This document shows, piece by piece, positions 19,641 through 29,575 of a stretch of 64,000 bases of DNA; the first letter of the stretch is position 1, and each line of letters opens with the position of its first letter. The notes beneath the pieces are model-generated. The model was not told where the DNA came from. It was given only the letters and a program-made list of their open reading frames with translations, and ran no database searches. Source of the DNA: Butyrivibrio sp. (lineage in GTDB: Bacteria > Bacillota > Clostridia > Lachnospirales > Lachnospiraceae); the NCBI GenBank assembly GCA_016297265.1, contig JAEDHB010000001.1, forward strand, positions 79,681 through 143,680. Direction: 5' to 3'. A program made the position numbers and the translations under genes.

Positions 19641-21326
19641 TTATTCCACTGATAAAATATAGTAATAAATTGGCTGTCCGCCATAATTTACCTCTATATC
19701 AACATCAGGATATTTTTCCTCAAGTTTTGAAGAAAGCTCGTTCGCAGCCTCCTCCGTCACATCCGCACCAAAGTACAGACTGATTAATTCAGACTCATCA
19801 TCCATAAGCTGATCAATCATCTCAGCAGTAACGCTCTCGATATCGTTGCCAACCGCAAGAATCGTTTTATCTCCTATACCGATGATATCATCCTGCTTAA
19901 TCAATTTATCATCTATTTCTGTATCTCTTACAGCATAAGTTACGGAACCGGATTTAACCCTTGCAATCTCTTCCTTCATGGTTTCAAGGTTATCCTCCGG
20001 ACTGCAATCCTCTGCAAAATTAATCATTGCAGTAATACCCTGAGGAACAGTCTTCGTTGGCACAACGATAATATTCTTATCTTCAACAATTGATTGTGCC
20101 TGCTGTGCAGCAAGAATAATATTGGAATTATTTGGTAAAATAAAAATATTGTCAGCATATACCTTATCGATTGCATTAAGCATATCTTCGGTACTTGGGT
20201 TCATTGTCTGACCGCCCTCAATAATATAATCAGCACCGAGGCTCTGGAATATTTCGCTTAAGCCTTCACCTGCGGATACTGCGATGAATCCGTACTTTTT
20301 ATTCTCAACAGGTTCTTCTTCAACAGGTTCTGTAGCAGGAGATTCTGCCTTTCCCTGTGCGATTGCAGATGCGTTTGCAATCAGTCGCTCTTCGTGCTCT
20401 TCACGCATATTATCAACCTTCATGCGTGTAAGTGAACCAAAGGTTAAGCCCTTCTCAAAAGCAAGACCCGGATGATTCGTATGAACATGCACCTTGACAA
20501 TTTCATCATCCGCAACTACAACAATCGAATCACCGATTGATTCAAGATAAGCCTTAAATTCGCTTTCCTCGCGGGAACCGAATTGTTTTTCCAGCATAAC
20601 GATAAATTCAGTACAATAACCGAATTTGATATCTGCTGTATCGATTTCTTTTTCCTCTGAAAAAGCTACATTCGTCTTAACTTCAGGGCCGGCAGTGAAA
20701 TTGATTTCCTTTCCCATCAGCGCATCGTATGCGCCCTTCATAACCTGCATAAGACCCTGTCCGCCCGAGTCAACAACTCCGGCCTGTTTTAATACAGGAA
20801 GCATCTCAGGCGTCTGTTTAAGGACTTCATCGCCATATTTAATAACTTTTTCAAAAAGGTCTTCAAGGTCTGAAATACTGGTGCAAAGCTCCAGTATTTT
20901 ATCCGCCATACCCTTGGCAACAGTAAGGATTGTTCCTTCCTTAGGCTTCATTACCGCCTTATATGCAGTTTCTACTGCCTTGTTAAATGCTGTGGCAAGA
21001 ATAATGGAATCCACTTCATCATGCTCACGAATTACCTTTGTAAATCCACGTAACAACTGAGAAAGAATAACACCGGAATTACCGCGTGCGCCTCTAAGCG
21101 AACCGCTTGAAATAGCCTTGGAAATACTTTCCATATTAGGTGAAGTAAGATTATTCACTTCCTTAGCTGCTGACATAATTGTAAGTGTCATATTGGTTCC
21201 TGTATCACCATCAGGAACAGGAAAAACATTCAGTTCATTAATCCATTCTTTTTTTGCTTCAAGATTGGCAGCTCCTGCCAGAAAACATTTCTTTATCTCA
21301 CTAGCTCCAATAGTTTTTGTAGCCAC
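19641..21326 (-). CDS. fakA: DAK2-domain fatty acid kinase subunit A (YloV-like)
   Basis: NVFPVPDGDTGTNM, GARGNSG, YCTEF, GGQTMNPS; GTG start at 21326 behind AGGAGG. Confidence 0.92.
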   Translation of the reverse strand: MATKTIGASEIKKCFLAGAANLEAKKEWINELNVFPVPDGDTGTNMTLTIMSAAKEVNNLTSPNMESISKAISSGSLRGARGNSGVILSQLLRGFTKVIREHDEVDSIILATAFNKAVETAYKAVMKPKEGTILTVAKGMADKILELCTSISDLEDLFEKVIKYGDEVLKQTPEMLPVLKQAGVVDSGGQGLMQVMKGAYDALMGKEINFTAGPEVKTNVAFSEEKEIDTADIKFGYCTEFIVMLEKQFGSREESEFKAYLESIGDSIVVVADDEIVKVHVHTNHPGLAFEKGLTFGSLTRMKVDNMREEHEERLIANASAIAQGKAESPATEPVEEEPVENKKYGFIAVSAGEGLSEIFQSLGADYIIEGGQTMNPSTEDMLNAIDKVYADNIFILPNNSNIILAAQQAQSIVEDKNIIVVPTKTVPQGITAMINFAEDCSPEDNLETMKEEIARVKSGSVTYAVRDTEIDDKLIKQDDIIGIGDKTILAVGNDIESVTAEMIDQLMDDESELISLYFGADVTEEAANELSSKLEEKYPDVDIEVNYGGQPIYYYILSVE

Positions 21327-21408
21327 TTTCAAATCCTCCTTACAATCCCGGAATATGCAACCGGGAATACTATTCCCACCAAGCAATTACACTTCATGGG
21401 CAAAAGCA

Positions 21409-21762
21409 TCAGTCTAAGATTCTTACACCTTCAACATATACATTTATTTTAGAGACCTTAAGTCCACTGAATTCTTCGATTTTATATTTTACTGTCTGCA
21501 CAAGATTCTCCGCCACTGTCTCGGCAGCAATTCCGTATGCAATAATTACATGAAAATCAATTGTAATCTTATCATCTTTAATCTTAACTTTAACACCACG
21601 AGAAAGTGATTCCTTTTTAAGAAGTCTTCCAAAACCATCCTTAACATTTGTGGATGTCATTCCAACAATACCAAAACATTCTATCGCAATTGCGCCGGCG
21701 TATTTTGCAAGAACCACCTTGTCCACACAAATATCACCGTATTTATTAACTTCCTGTCCCAT
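21409..21762 (-). CDS. Asp23/Gls24-family protein (YloU-like)
   Basis: ECFGIVGM, IDFHVIIAYG, INVYVEGVR; usual position between rpmB and fakA. Confidence 0.9.
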   Translation of the reverse strand: MGQEVNKYGDICVDKVVLAKYAGAIAIECFGIVGMTSTNVKDGFGRLLKKESLSRGVKVKIKDDKITIDFHVIIAYGIAAETVAENLVQTVKYKIEEFSGLKVSKINVYVEGVRILD

Positions 21763-21824
21763 AATGTTTACCTCCTACATCGCGACTTAAAATATATTAT
21801 ACAATAAAACATAATAAAAATCCA

Positions 21825-21860
21825 CAAAAAATTAAAGACCGAAAGGATAGCCCTTCGGTC
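21825..21860 (-). terminator. Intrinsic terminator after rpmB
   Basis: GACCGAA...TTCGGTC stem followed by a T-rich tract on the minus strand. Confidence 0.65.
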
Positions 21861-21877
21861 CTATATCTCCGTAATAA

Positions 21878-22063
21878 TTAAGCTCTCTCTACAGCGCCTG
21901 ATTTTAAACAAGAAGTACATACATACATCTTCTTAGCCTGGCCATTAACCTTAACCTTAACAGATTTAACGTTTGATTTCCACATTTTGTTGGATCTTCT
22001 ATGTGAGTGACTTACTTTGATTCCAAAGTGAGCTCCTTTATCACAAACAGCACATTTAGCCAT
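21878..22063 (-). CDS. rpmB: 50S ribosomal protein L28 (Zn-ribbon form)
   Basis: MAKCAVC..., VSHSHRRS, CTSC. Confidence 0.96.
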   Translation of the reverse strand: MAKCAVCDKGAHFGIKVSHSHRRSNKMWKSNVKSVKVKVNGQAKKMYVCTSCLKSGAVERA

Positions 22064-22160
22064 GTTTGCACCTCCTTTAACTTATTGAATTCAACGCATT
22101 GAATCCACAACAAAAATTATGATAACAGATACTTGTCTGTTTGGCAAGTATTTTTTTAAT

Positions 22161-22310
22161 TTATTTGCATTTTGCACTCATAAAAAGATTATATCCTACC
22201 AGCAACAAAACCAAAACTATGCATACGCCCGGAAAGATCTTTTTGACAAACATCTGCAAAATCATACCTATTCCAATAAAAAATAGAGCAAATCCAAATA
22301 TTCTTTTCAA
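22161..22310 (-). CDS. Small 49-aa two-TM membrane protein, not in the ORF track
   Basis: TTG...TAA read by hand: MKRIFGFALFFIGIGMILQMFVKKIFPGVCIVLVLLLVGYNLFMSAKCK; GAGTGA upstream. Confidence 0.7.
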   Translation of the reverse strand: MKRIFGFALFFIGIGMILQMFVKKIFPGVCIVLVLLLVGYNLFMSAKCK

Positions 22311-22342
22311 TTCATCACTCTGACAAATATGGATATCTGTAC

Positions 22343-22371
22343 ATTATATGAAAAGAAAAGCTGCTTTATTC
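22343..22371 (-). promoter_or_regulatory. SigmaE-like promoter
   Basis: GAATAAA-14 bp-CATATAAT upstream of the small membrane ORF. Confidence 0.55.
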
Positions 22372-22758
22372 TTATTTGGAAGCCTTCTCAACGGCCTCCT
22401 CCACTTCAGGGTCCTCATCATTCTTTTTGCTTGTAAATTTGTTGATGATATCCGGAACCATATCCACAAGCTTTGTGATTGTATCCTGATTCTTCACATT
22501 GACAAGTCTTGTGATGCCATCATGAATAACCAGCACTGCACTTGGGCTCATCTTGCCGCCCATTCCGCCTGCCGCCTTATTTTTCTTATCATTACTTCCT
22601 GCACCTGCAGCAATACCGAATGATACATCTACCAAAGGAAGGATAATTGTATCGTTAACAGTAATTGGCTCTCCAACAACTGTTTTTGCTGACAAAAATC
22701 CATCCATACCCTTGAATAATGATGCTACTGTTGATTCAAATTTTGTGTTATCTGACAT
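22372..22758 (-). CDS. GerW/YtfJ-family sporulation protein
   Basis: TVVGEPI, IILPLVDVSFG, GGMGGKMSPSAVLVI, LVDMVPD. Confidence 0.88.
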   Translation of the reverse strand: MSDNTKFESTVASLFKGMDGFLSAKTVVGEPITVNDTIILPLVDVSFGIAAGAGSNDKKNKAAGGMGGKMSPSAVLVIHDGITRLVNVKNQDTITKLVDMVPDIINKFTSKKNDEDPEVEEAVEKASK

Positions 22759-22772
22759 AATAACCTCCAATG

Positions 22773-23651
22773 CTAAATATAACTACTGATTTTATCAATC
22801 AATGCTCTAAGTTGTTTGTGTCTGAATACTTTGATAATCCATATAAGAATAATCAATACACAGAGCCTTCCGCGAAAAGGAATATCACACTCAAAAATCT
22901 TGTTTTCAAAATCCGGAGTGATATTGACATTCAGGCAGAACATACTGCTGAGTGTATATGCCAGTCCGACAATTTCACCCGTCGTTGCCGCGTTACCCGC
23001 CCCAAGCTTAATATTAATCACATATTTTCTCGGAAGCGAATGTTTAAGGAATTTCTTAATCATCCCAATGGCAAAAGAAAATGCCTCCCTGTTGTCCTTG
23101 TCATTGTATTCTTTTCTGATATATTCAAATTTTTTACGTATATTAAGGAAAATTCCCTTTACCTTATTATACATATTTTTGAGTTTTTGCAAAATACTTT
23201 TTTTGCTCTCATCACCGGAATCAGTGCTTGTGTACTTTTTCTTATCACTTTCAAAGTACTTTTTGGCACTTTTGGTTGACTTCAAAGGGGTGTCATTCTT
23301 CTGTTTACCGGCTGACGTCTTCACAGACGCCGTTGAGCGCTTCTTCTTATTGCGATTTTTACTCTTCTTCGCCTTTTTTTTCTTATCTTTCCCAAAAAGC
23401 CACCTGCATATTATCACATAGTCAAGTACTTTTTCATTTTCGTTAAGGATATATTTTCCTCTTACCAGATTAAAAAGATATGAAACCTTTATCTTGATAT
23501 CGGGCTTGTTGTCCTTGAATCTGATTCGCCCGCTATATCTAACCGGGTAAAATAAAACAAGAAGCATCAAAATAAGAATTAATGCAATAATGCCGGCAAG
23601 CGCAAACCCGATAATCTGAAGAATTTTCAATAAAACTGTTAAAAAATTCAT
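22773..23651 (-). CDS. DUF2953/YtfI-like membrane-anchored protein
   Basis: N-terminal TM, Lys-rich linker, C-terminal G..NAATTG...ITPDFE; directly upstream of gerW. Confidence 0.7.
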   Translation of the reverse strand: MNFLTVLLKILQIIGFALAGIIALILILMLLVLFYPVRYSGRIRFKDNKPDIKIKVSYLFNLVRGKYILNENEKVLDYVIICRWLFGKDKKKKAKKSKNRNKKKRSTASVKTSAGKQKNDTPLKSTKSAKKYFESDKKKYTSTDSGDESKKSILQKLKNMYNKVKGIFLNIRKKFEYIRKEYNDKDNREAFSFAIGMIKKFLKHSLPRKYVINIKLGAGNAATTGEIVGLAYTLSSMFCLNVNITPDFENKIFECDIPFRGRLCVLIILIWIIKVFRHKQLRALIDKISSYI

Positions 23652-23654
23652 GTT

Positions 23655-23963
23655 TTACCTCGTCAGGTATGTTTTAAGGTCTAAATCACCTGTGTTCTTA
23701 TACACGTCATCCACTATTGTCTTGACCAAAAGAAGTGCCTCGTCATACCCTAAAGCAATGCCAACCACTGTGCGCTTTGTCTTTTTAAAACGTTTATATG
23801 GGTATTTAAATGCATTATATATTTCCAACAATTCGCCCTCTCTATCCGATACCAGGACCAGGTATACCCCGTCAAAAAAATGTCCATGTTGAATGGATTT
23901 GATTTGGCGCTTTGTCAAATTGATTGCCGTATTGCCCAAGTATAGTTTTTTATACCAAAACAT
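23655..23963 (-). CDS. Hypothetical protein
   Basis: 102-aa ORF with 2-3 nt gaps to both neighbours; LLEI and VVGIALGYDEA segments. Confidence 0.7.
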   Translation of the reverse strand: MFWYKKLYLGNTAINLTKRQIKSIQHGHFFDGVYLVLVSDREGELLEIYNAFKYPYKRFKKTKRTVVGIALGYDEALLLVKTIVDDVYKNTGDLDLKTYLTR

Positions 23964-23965
23964 TA

Positions 23966-25360
23966 TTAATCACCGCACATCAATAAATTGATTAATGTCA
24001 TGCAGGCCTGTCTTTCAGCCTCATCACGACACTGTGTAAGAGATACATGTACATATTCCATAAAATCTTCAAAGCTGTTAAAAAATACAGGCAGATTCTG
24101 CAAGACTGATGCCATAATGGCGCGCTTTGTCATCCTGCTGCATTTTTCAAATGCTTTATTAAAACTCTCAATTACTTCGTTGGCTGTCTGTTCCACATAC
24201 AAATCATCTGCCGCATCAGCCAGTTCCTCCTGCTCAAGTTTTGCAAAAGCACTTGAGGATTGTAATTTCGCAATCTTTTTGAATATATCGACTTCATCCA
24301 TAAGTCCGAGTTTTACAAGTTCTTCATAATTGGCAGTCTCTATGTCCGTCAATGCAGCTTCAGGATTATATATTTTCATCCACAATTTTTCCTGCATTCC
24401 TTCAATTTTTTCAAATTGCATTTCCACGGACACATCCGGCTCGGAATTCTCTTCAAGTGCAGAATATGTTGATTTGATTATATCAAGGATAAATGTCTCG
24501 ATTTCATCACAGGAATCGCCGCACAGGCATATTGAATAGAGGGCGTTGACCACCTCTGTTATCATCATATAAAGGTTGGCATATTCTTCAAGATATGATG
24601 ACCACATTGCATATTCTTCAGTTGCGTTGATATATGCCTCCCTATCCATATTCTCATAGTCATATGAAGCATATTTTTCATCGGCTTCTTTGATTTTCTC
24701 AAAATCTGCCAAATCATAATCAAGGGAATAAATTCCGCCACAAGTTTCCACCATGTATGAAAAATCCTTTACAGAGGATTTTTCACTTCCCTTATAGAGG
24801 GAAAAAGTATTTAAAATTATGTCATAAAACTTGTTCTTAGAAAGCCTCATCGGAAGCTGGCCTATCATTTCAGACATCTTGGCAGAAATAATTGAATTAT
24901 CCCTCTCACTGATTACATAATTTCTTATCACGCTCTCAAATTCATTATTGTAATACTCGTTGCTGTATTCCCCGGCATCAAATTTGAATTCAATGCGGTT
25001 AAGACAATATTCATAAAGCTGGAAACGGTCCATATATATGGTAAATGTTTCCATTATTCTGATAATTTCATTTCTGAATCGGTCAATTTCACTGACGCAG
25101 TCGGTATTTTTGTCCAGAATCACTCGTTTCACAAAATCCTGCAGCTTACTAATACAATCCATTGCGGTTTTGTTGAGATTTTCAGACTCGCTGAGTATCT
25201 GACACAAAGTGAAATAATTCATGGACAGCTGAATCCCGGCATTCGCTTTATACAAGGACTTCAAACCATAACTGAAAACAGCAAAATTCTCATTGATGTT
25301 TTTGCCTTTAATTAAGTCAGCTGTAGCTGAATCTAAATTTGTCATTATTTTGTACACCAT
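23966..25360 (-). CDS. Hypothetical helical acidic protein
   Basis: 464-aa ORF in the operon after lysA; no motif recognised. Confidence 0.75.
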   Translation of the reverse strand: MVYKIMTNLDSATADLIKGKNINENFAVFSYGLKSLYKANAGIQLSMNYFTLCQILSESENLNKTAMDCISKLQDFVKRVILDKNTDCVSEIDRFRNEIIRIMETFTIYMDRFQLYEYCLNRIEFKFDAGEYSNEYYNNEFESVIRNYVISERDNSIISAKMSEMIGQLPMRLSKNKFYDIILNTFSLYKGSEKSSVKDFSYMVETCGGIYSLDYDLADFEKIKEADEKYASYDYENMDREAYINATEEYAMWSSYLEEYANLYMMITEVVNALYSICLCGDSCDEIETFILDIIKSTYSALEENSEPDVSVEMQFEKIEGMQEKLWMKIYNPEAALTDIETANYEELVKLGLMDEVDIFKKIAKLQSSSAFAKLEQEELADAADDLYVEQTANEVIESFNKAFEKCSRMTKRAIMASVLQNLPVFFNSFEDFMEYVHVSLTQCRDEAERQACMTLINLLMCGD

Positions 25361-25380
25361 ACCACCATAAGATGGATTCC

Positions 25381-26649
25381 TTATTTTAATATTGGGTTAA
25401 GAATATCAAAGCAATCAAATGTTGCAAAATAATCCTTTGGAGTCTCAGCTCTTCTAATCATCTTAAAGCTGCCGTCCGACTGCAAAAGCACCTCTGCGGA
25501 ACGCAATTTACCATTGTAATTGTATCCCATGGAAAAACCATGTGCCCCCGCATCATGTATGAACAGATAATCTCCATTGTCAATCTTTGGAAGCATCCTG
25601 TCAATTGCAAACTTGTCATTATTTTCACAAAGCGAGCCGGTAATATCATATTTGTGATCGCAAGGCTCGTTTTCTTTTCCCAGCACAGTGATGTGGTGGT
25701 AAGCCCCGTACATTGCAGGTCTCATGAGGTTGCATGCGCAGGCATCAACTCCGATATATTCCTTGTAGGTGTGCTTTTCATGAGTTGCCTTTGTAATCAA
25801 AGCTCCGTAAGGACCCATCATAAATCTGCCCATTTCGGTATAGATTGAAACATCGCCCATACCATTTGCGGTAAGCACCTCGTCGTATACTTTGTGAACA
25901 CCCTCACCGATTTTGAGAATGTCATTTGGCTCCCCGTCAGGTTTGTATGGGATTCCGACACCACCCGAAAGGTTGATAAACCTGATATCACAACCGGTTT
26001 TATCCCTAACCTCCACTGCCAGTTCAAACAAAATTCTGGCAAGTTCCGGATAGTAATCATTTGTTACTGTATTGGATGCAAGGAAGGCATGAATTCCAAA
26101 ATATTTTGCACCCTTTGATTTGAGGATTTTGAAGCCCTCAATAAGCTGTTCTTTTGTAAAACCGTATTTTGCATCTCCCGGATTATCCATGATGGAGTTG
26201 GCAATTTCAAAATATCCGCCCGGGTTGTATCTGCAGCTTATAGTCTCGGGAATTCCCACAAGCTTATCAAGGAAATCAATATGAGTGAAATCATCAAGAT
26301 TGATTGTTGCGCCAATCTCGGATGCGTATACAAATTCTTCAGCCGGAGTATCATTTGACGAAAACATAATGTCGCTTCCTTTGCAACCCAGCGCATTGGA
26401 AAGCATAAGTTCCGTCATTGATGAACAGTCACAGCCGCAACCATATTCTCTAAGAATGTTGATAAGAAAAGGATTTGGATTTGCCTTTACCGCAAAATAT
26501 TCCTTGAAACCCTTATTCCATGAAAATGCTTTTTTTACATTTTCAACATTTTCCCTAATTCCTTTCTCATCATATAAGTGGAAAGGCGTAGGAATCTCAT
26601 TTGCGATTTCCTTTACCTTCTCAAGTGTTACAAAAGCTCTTTTTTTCAT
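25381..26649 (-). CDS. lysA: Diaminopimelate decarboxylase
   Basis: YFAVKAN (PLP Lys), NLSGG, EMGR, RPAMYG, GSLCE. Confidence 0.9.
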   Translation of the reverse strand: MKKRAFVTLEKVKEIANEIPTPFHLYDEKGIRENVENVKKAFSWNKGFKEYFAVKANPNPFLINILREYGCGCDCSSMTELMLSNALGCKGSDIMFSSNDTPAEEFVYASEIGATINLDDFTHIDFLDKLVGIPETISCRYNPGGYFEIANSIMDNPGDAKYGFTKEQLIEGFKILKSKGAKYFGIHAFLASNTVTNDYYPELARILFELAVEVRDKTGCDIRFINLSGGVGIPYKPDGEPNDILKIGEGVHKVYDEVLTANGMGDVSIYTEMGRFMMGPYGALITKATHEKHTYKEYIGVDACACNLMRPAMYGAYHHITVLGKENEPCDHKYDITGSLCENNDKFAIDRMLPKIDNGDYLFIHDAGAHGFSMGYNYNGKLRSAEVLLQSDGSFKMIRRAETPKDYFATFDCFDILNPILK

Positions 26650-26678
26650 TGTAGTTCTCTCCTTGTGCATTATTATGT

Positions 26679-27152
26679 CTAGCTTACTAAAGTTACATAT
26701 GCAATTTCCAAAGCTTTCAGGGCTGCCTGGAACCGTATTTGATTTCTGTCCCCTTCAAATTTGTACTTGAAGGCCTCAGCTTTGCCCTTGTAGGCGCAGC
26801 CTATATAGACAAGTCCCTTTGGCTCCAACGCTGTGTCCTCCGGACCGGCAAAACCGGTTACCGATACAGCTATATCACTCTTTGCTGCTTTTTGACAGCC
26901 CTCCGCCATCTCTGCCGCGGTCTCACTGCTGACCGCTGTATATTTTGCAATAGTTTTTTTACTCACATTAAGTACATGTATCTTGGCATCATCATTGTAG
27001 GTGATATATCCTTCGTGAAATACGCGTGACGCTCCGGGTATATCAACAATATGTGCCGCCAGCATACCGCCGGTGCATGACTCTGCCGTACTTATTGTGA
27101 TATGGCGGTCAATCATTAAATCAATTAATTTTTGTCCAATTCCCTCTGCCAT
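26679..27152 (-). CDS. CinA C-terminal domain protein (NMN deamidase PncC-like)
   Basis: AESCTGG, PGAS, SVTGFAGP, GLVYIG; lacks the N-terminal MocF domain. Confidence 0.88.
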   Translation of the reverse strand: MAEGIGQKLIDLMIDRHITISTAESCTGGMLAAHIVDIPGASRVFHEGYITYNDDAKIHVLNVSKKTIAKYTAVSSETAAEMAEGCQKAAKSDIAVSVTGFAGPEDTALEPKGLVYIGCAYKGKAEAFKYKFEGDRNQIRFQAALKALEIAYVTLVS

Positions 27153-27172
27153 AATATCGCCTCCTACTAGCT

Positions 27173-27712
27173 TTACATATCCGAAATAACTTTTCGATTT
27201 TTGATAAGATAATCAGCAAGTGAAATCAGTGCAAGTGCCAGTGATATATATACAAATACCATTTCAATTACATCCATTACACAATTATTGATATTGATTA
27301 TAAGCAAAATGCACATAATCATCTGAAAAGCCGTCTTGAATTTGCCCCACCAGCTTGCTGCCAAGACAATTCCGGCGTCCGATGCCACAAGTCTAAATCC
27401 GCTTATGATAAACTCTCTGGCAATCAGAATAATAACAATCCATGCAGGCAGCAGACCCATCTGCACAAATGCAATAAATGCTGATGAAACTAAAAGCTTA
27501 TCAGCTATCGGGTCCATGAATTTTCCGAAGTTAGTAACCAGGTTGCGGCTTCGGGCTATTTTCCCGTCAAGGAAATCAGTAAAGCTTGCTAACGCAAATA
27601 TCGCTAACGCAATATATTTTGACGAAGCTCCTGCAAAATCCGTTAATAAGAATACAAGAAAAAACGGTATCAATATCACTCTGAATAAAGTCAGTTTATT
27701 TGGTAAATTCAT
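27173..27712 (-). CDS. pgsA: CDP-diacylglycerol--glycerol-3-phosphate 3-phosphatidyltransferase
   Basis: NLPNKLT, DFLDGKIAR, FGKFMDPIADK. Confidence 0.95.
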   Translation of the reverse strand: MNLPNKLTLFRVILIPFFLVFLLTDFAGASSKYIALAIFALASFTDFLDGKIARSRNLVTNFGKFMDPIADKLLVSSAFIAFVQMGLLPAWIVIILIAREFIISGFRLVASDAGIVLAASWWGKFKTAFQMIMCILLIININNCVMDVIEMVFVYISLALALISLADYLIKNRKVISDM

Positions 27713-29031
27713 TATACTAATTCTCCTATCAAATCATATTCTAACGCTTTTGTAATTCTGACATTAGCAAAATCACCACTCATCAGCTCATTATTTGTGT
27801 TAATGAATACAAACCCGTCGACATTTGGTGCGTCCATATATGTTCTTCCAACATATACATCCTCATCCGCCGCCTTGCCTTCAATAATCACTTCCATGGT
27901 TCTTCCAACCAGCCTGCTTGATTTATCCAGCGAAATTTCCTGTTGGAGCGCCATGATTTCTTCCTGACGGTCAAGTTTGGTATCGTCATCAATCTGATTA
28001 TCCATAAGCGATGCAGCGGTACCTTCCTCTCTCGAATAGGTAAAAACACCGAGTCTGTCAAATTCTATTTCGTCAATAAAATCAAGAACATCCTCATGAT
28101 CCTCTGTCGTCTCACCGGGGAAGCCCGTAATAAGCGTTGTTCTGATACACATATCAGGAATTTCTCTTCGGATTTTGCTAATCACATCAACCAAATCACG
28201 GCGAGTTGTCTTTCTTCCCATAAGCTTAAGTATTCTGTCCGACGAATGCTGTATCGGAATATCGATGTAGTGAAGAATCTTTTTCTCTGTCATGATTGTC
28301 TGTATCAATTCGTCAGTTATCTCTTCAGGATAGCAATACAAAAGCCTGATCCATTCAATTCCGCTAATACGACACAATTTCTTAAGTAATTCAGGAAGTT
28401 TGTTTTCTCCGTAGATATCCGTACCGTAAACGGTGGTCTCCTGCGCCACAAGAATCAATTCCCTGACCCCGTTGTCAGCGAGATATTCAGCTTCTTTGAT
28501 TAAATCCTCCATCGGTGTACTTCGATATTTTCCCTTAATCATCGGAATACTGCAATAAGTGCAATGCTTATCACACCCTTCAGCGATCTTCAAATATGAA
28601 TAATATCCGCCGGTTGTGATTATTCTTTTAGAATCAGCTCTGCATAATTCATTAATATCCCTGAATTCATTGTGGCTCTTATTTGCCAAAACATCATCCA
28701 CAACCTCACAAATTGTATCAAATGCGGTTGTGCCAACTATTGCATCAATCTCAGGTATTTCATTCAATATTTCATCTTTGTATCTCTGAGCAAGGCAGCC
28801 GGTAACCACCAACGCCTTAAGATTACTCTTCTTAAGCTCTGCCATATTAAGAATTGTATTAATACTTTCTTCCTTTGCCGAATCAATAAAACCACATGTG
28901 TTTATTACAACAACATCAGCAAGGTTTTCATCATCTATAAATTCGTATCCCTTGTCTCTCAACAATCCCATCATCATCTCTGAATCGACAAGATTTTTGT
29001 CACAGCCAAGGGAAATAAAAAGTATTTTCAT
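27712..29031 (-). CDS. rimO: Ribosomal protein S12 methylthiotransferase
   Basis: LGCDKNLVDSE, NTCGFI, EGCDKHCTYC, C-terminal TRAM domain. Confidence 0.93.
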   Translation of the reverse strand: MKILFISLGCDKNLVDSEMMMGLLRDKGYEFIDDENLADVVVINTCGFIDSAKEESINTILNMAELKKSNLKALVVTGCLAQRYKDEILNEIPEIDAIVGTTAFDTICEVVDDVLANKSHNEFRDINELCRADSKRIITTGGYYSYLKIAEGCDKHCTYCSIPMIKGKYRSTPMEDLIKEAEYLADNGVRELILVAQETTVYGTDIYGENKLPELLKKLCRISGIEWIRLLYCYPEEITDELIQTIMTEKKILHYIDIPIQHSSDRILKLMGRKTTRRDLVDVISKIRREIPDMCIRTTLITGFPGETTEDHEDVLDFIDEIEFDRLGVFTYSREEGTAASLMDNQIDDDTKLDRQEEIMALQQEISLDKSSRLVGRTMEVIIEGKAADEDVYVGRTYMDAPNVDGFVFINTNNELMSGDFANVRITKALEYDLIGELV

Positions 29032-29149
29032 GATATTCTCCTCATAATTATCCATATTTGATTTTACCTTTTTGGGATATAAAATGCAAGTCGTTTATTA
29101 AAAAAGGATTGAATCCATAAAAATATGTGAATTCAATCCATTAATTGTA

Positions 29150-29464
29150 TTACTCTGTTGCTTCTGTAGTATCTTCGGTTGTTTTTTCAGTAGTTCCTTC
29201 GGTTTCGCCATCCGAAGTCTCATTTTCAGATGAATCTTCCTCGGTTTCACCCGCTGTATCTGTCAAGAAGGATTGAAGCGCATCCTCTGCACCTTTCTTC
29301 TCGCCTTTATTGTATCCGGTTCTATAGCAAACAACACTGCCAAATGCACCTGCAACAATAAGCAATATTGCGATAATCAATGTCATATTTCTCATTCTGA
29401 CCTTGGTGCTATGTAATAAATCTCCTTTACTTTTCTTTCTTGCATCAACTTTTTCCTGACTCAT
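29150..29464 (-). CDS. Hypothetical single-TM protein with acidic Thr/Glu tail
   Basis: AGGAGG RBS; MSQEKVD N-terminus, TM segment, low-complexity acidic tail. Confidence 0.75.
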   Translation of the reverse strand: MSQEKVDARKKSKGDLLHSTKVRMRNMTLIIAILLIVAGAFGSVVCYRTGYNKGEKKGAEDALQSFLTDTAGETEEDSSENETSDGETEGTTEKTTEDTTEATE

Positions 29465-29542
29465 AACGTCCTCCTAAAATCTTACTGAATAATAATATAT
29501 ATTACAAGTTCAAAATGGTCAAGTATATTTAGCTTGTCCGAT

Positions 29543-29572
29543 AAAAAATCCCCCGGTCGAAAACCGGGGGGA
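29543..29572 (-). terminator. Intrinsic terminator after rny
   Basis: CCCCCGGT...ACCGGGGG stem with a T6 tract on the minus strand. Confidence 0.8.
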
Positions 29573-29575
29573 ATT

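Noticed and set aside
21327..21386. N-terminal extensions given by the ORF track (fakA; likewise cdsA, recX, coaD, rimO, lysA)
   Set aside because: Downstream starts have better SD sequences and match the family N-termini
22141..22323. 60-aa plus-strand ORF in the track
   Set aside because: It is the antisense shadow of the better-supported 49-aa minus-strand membrane ORF
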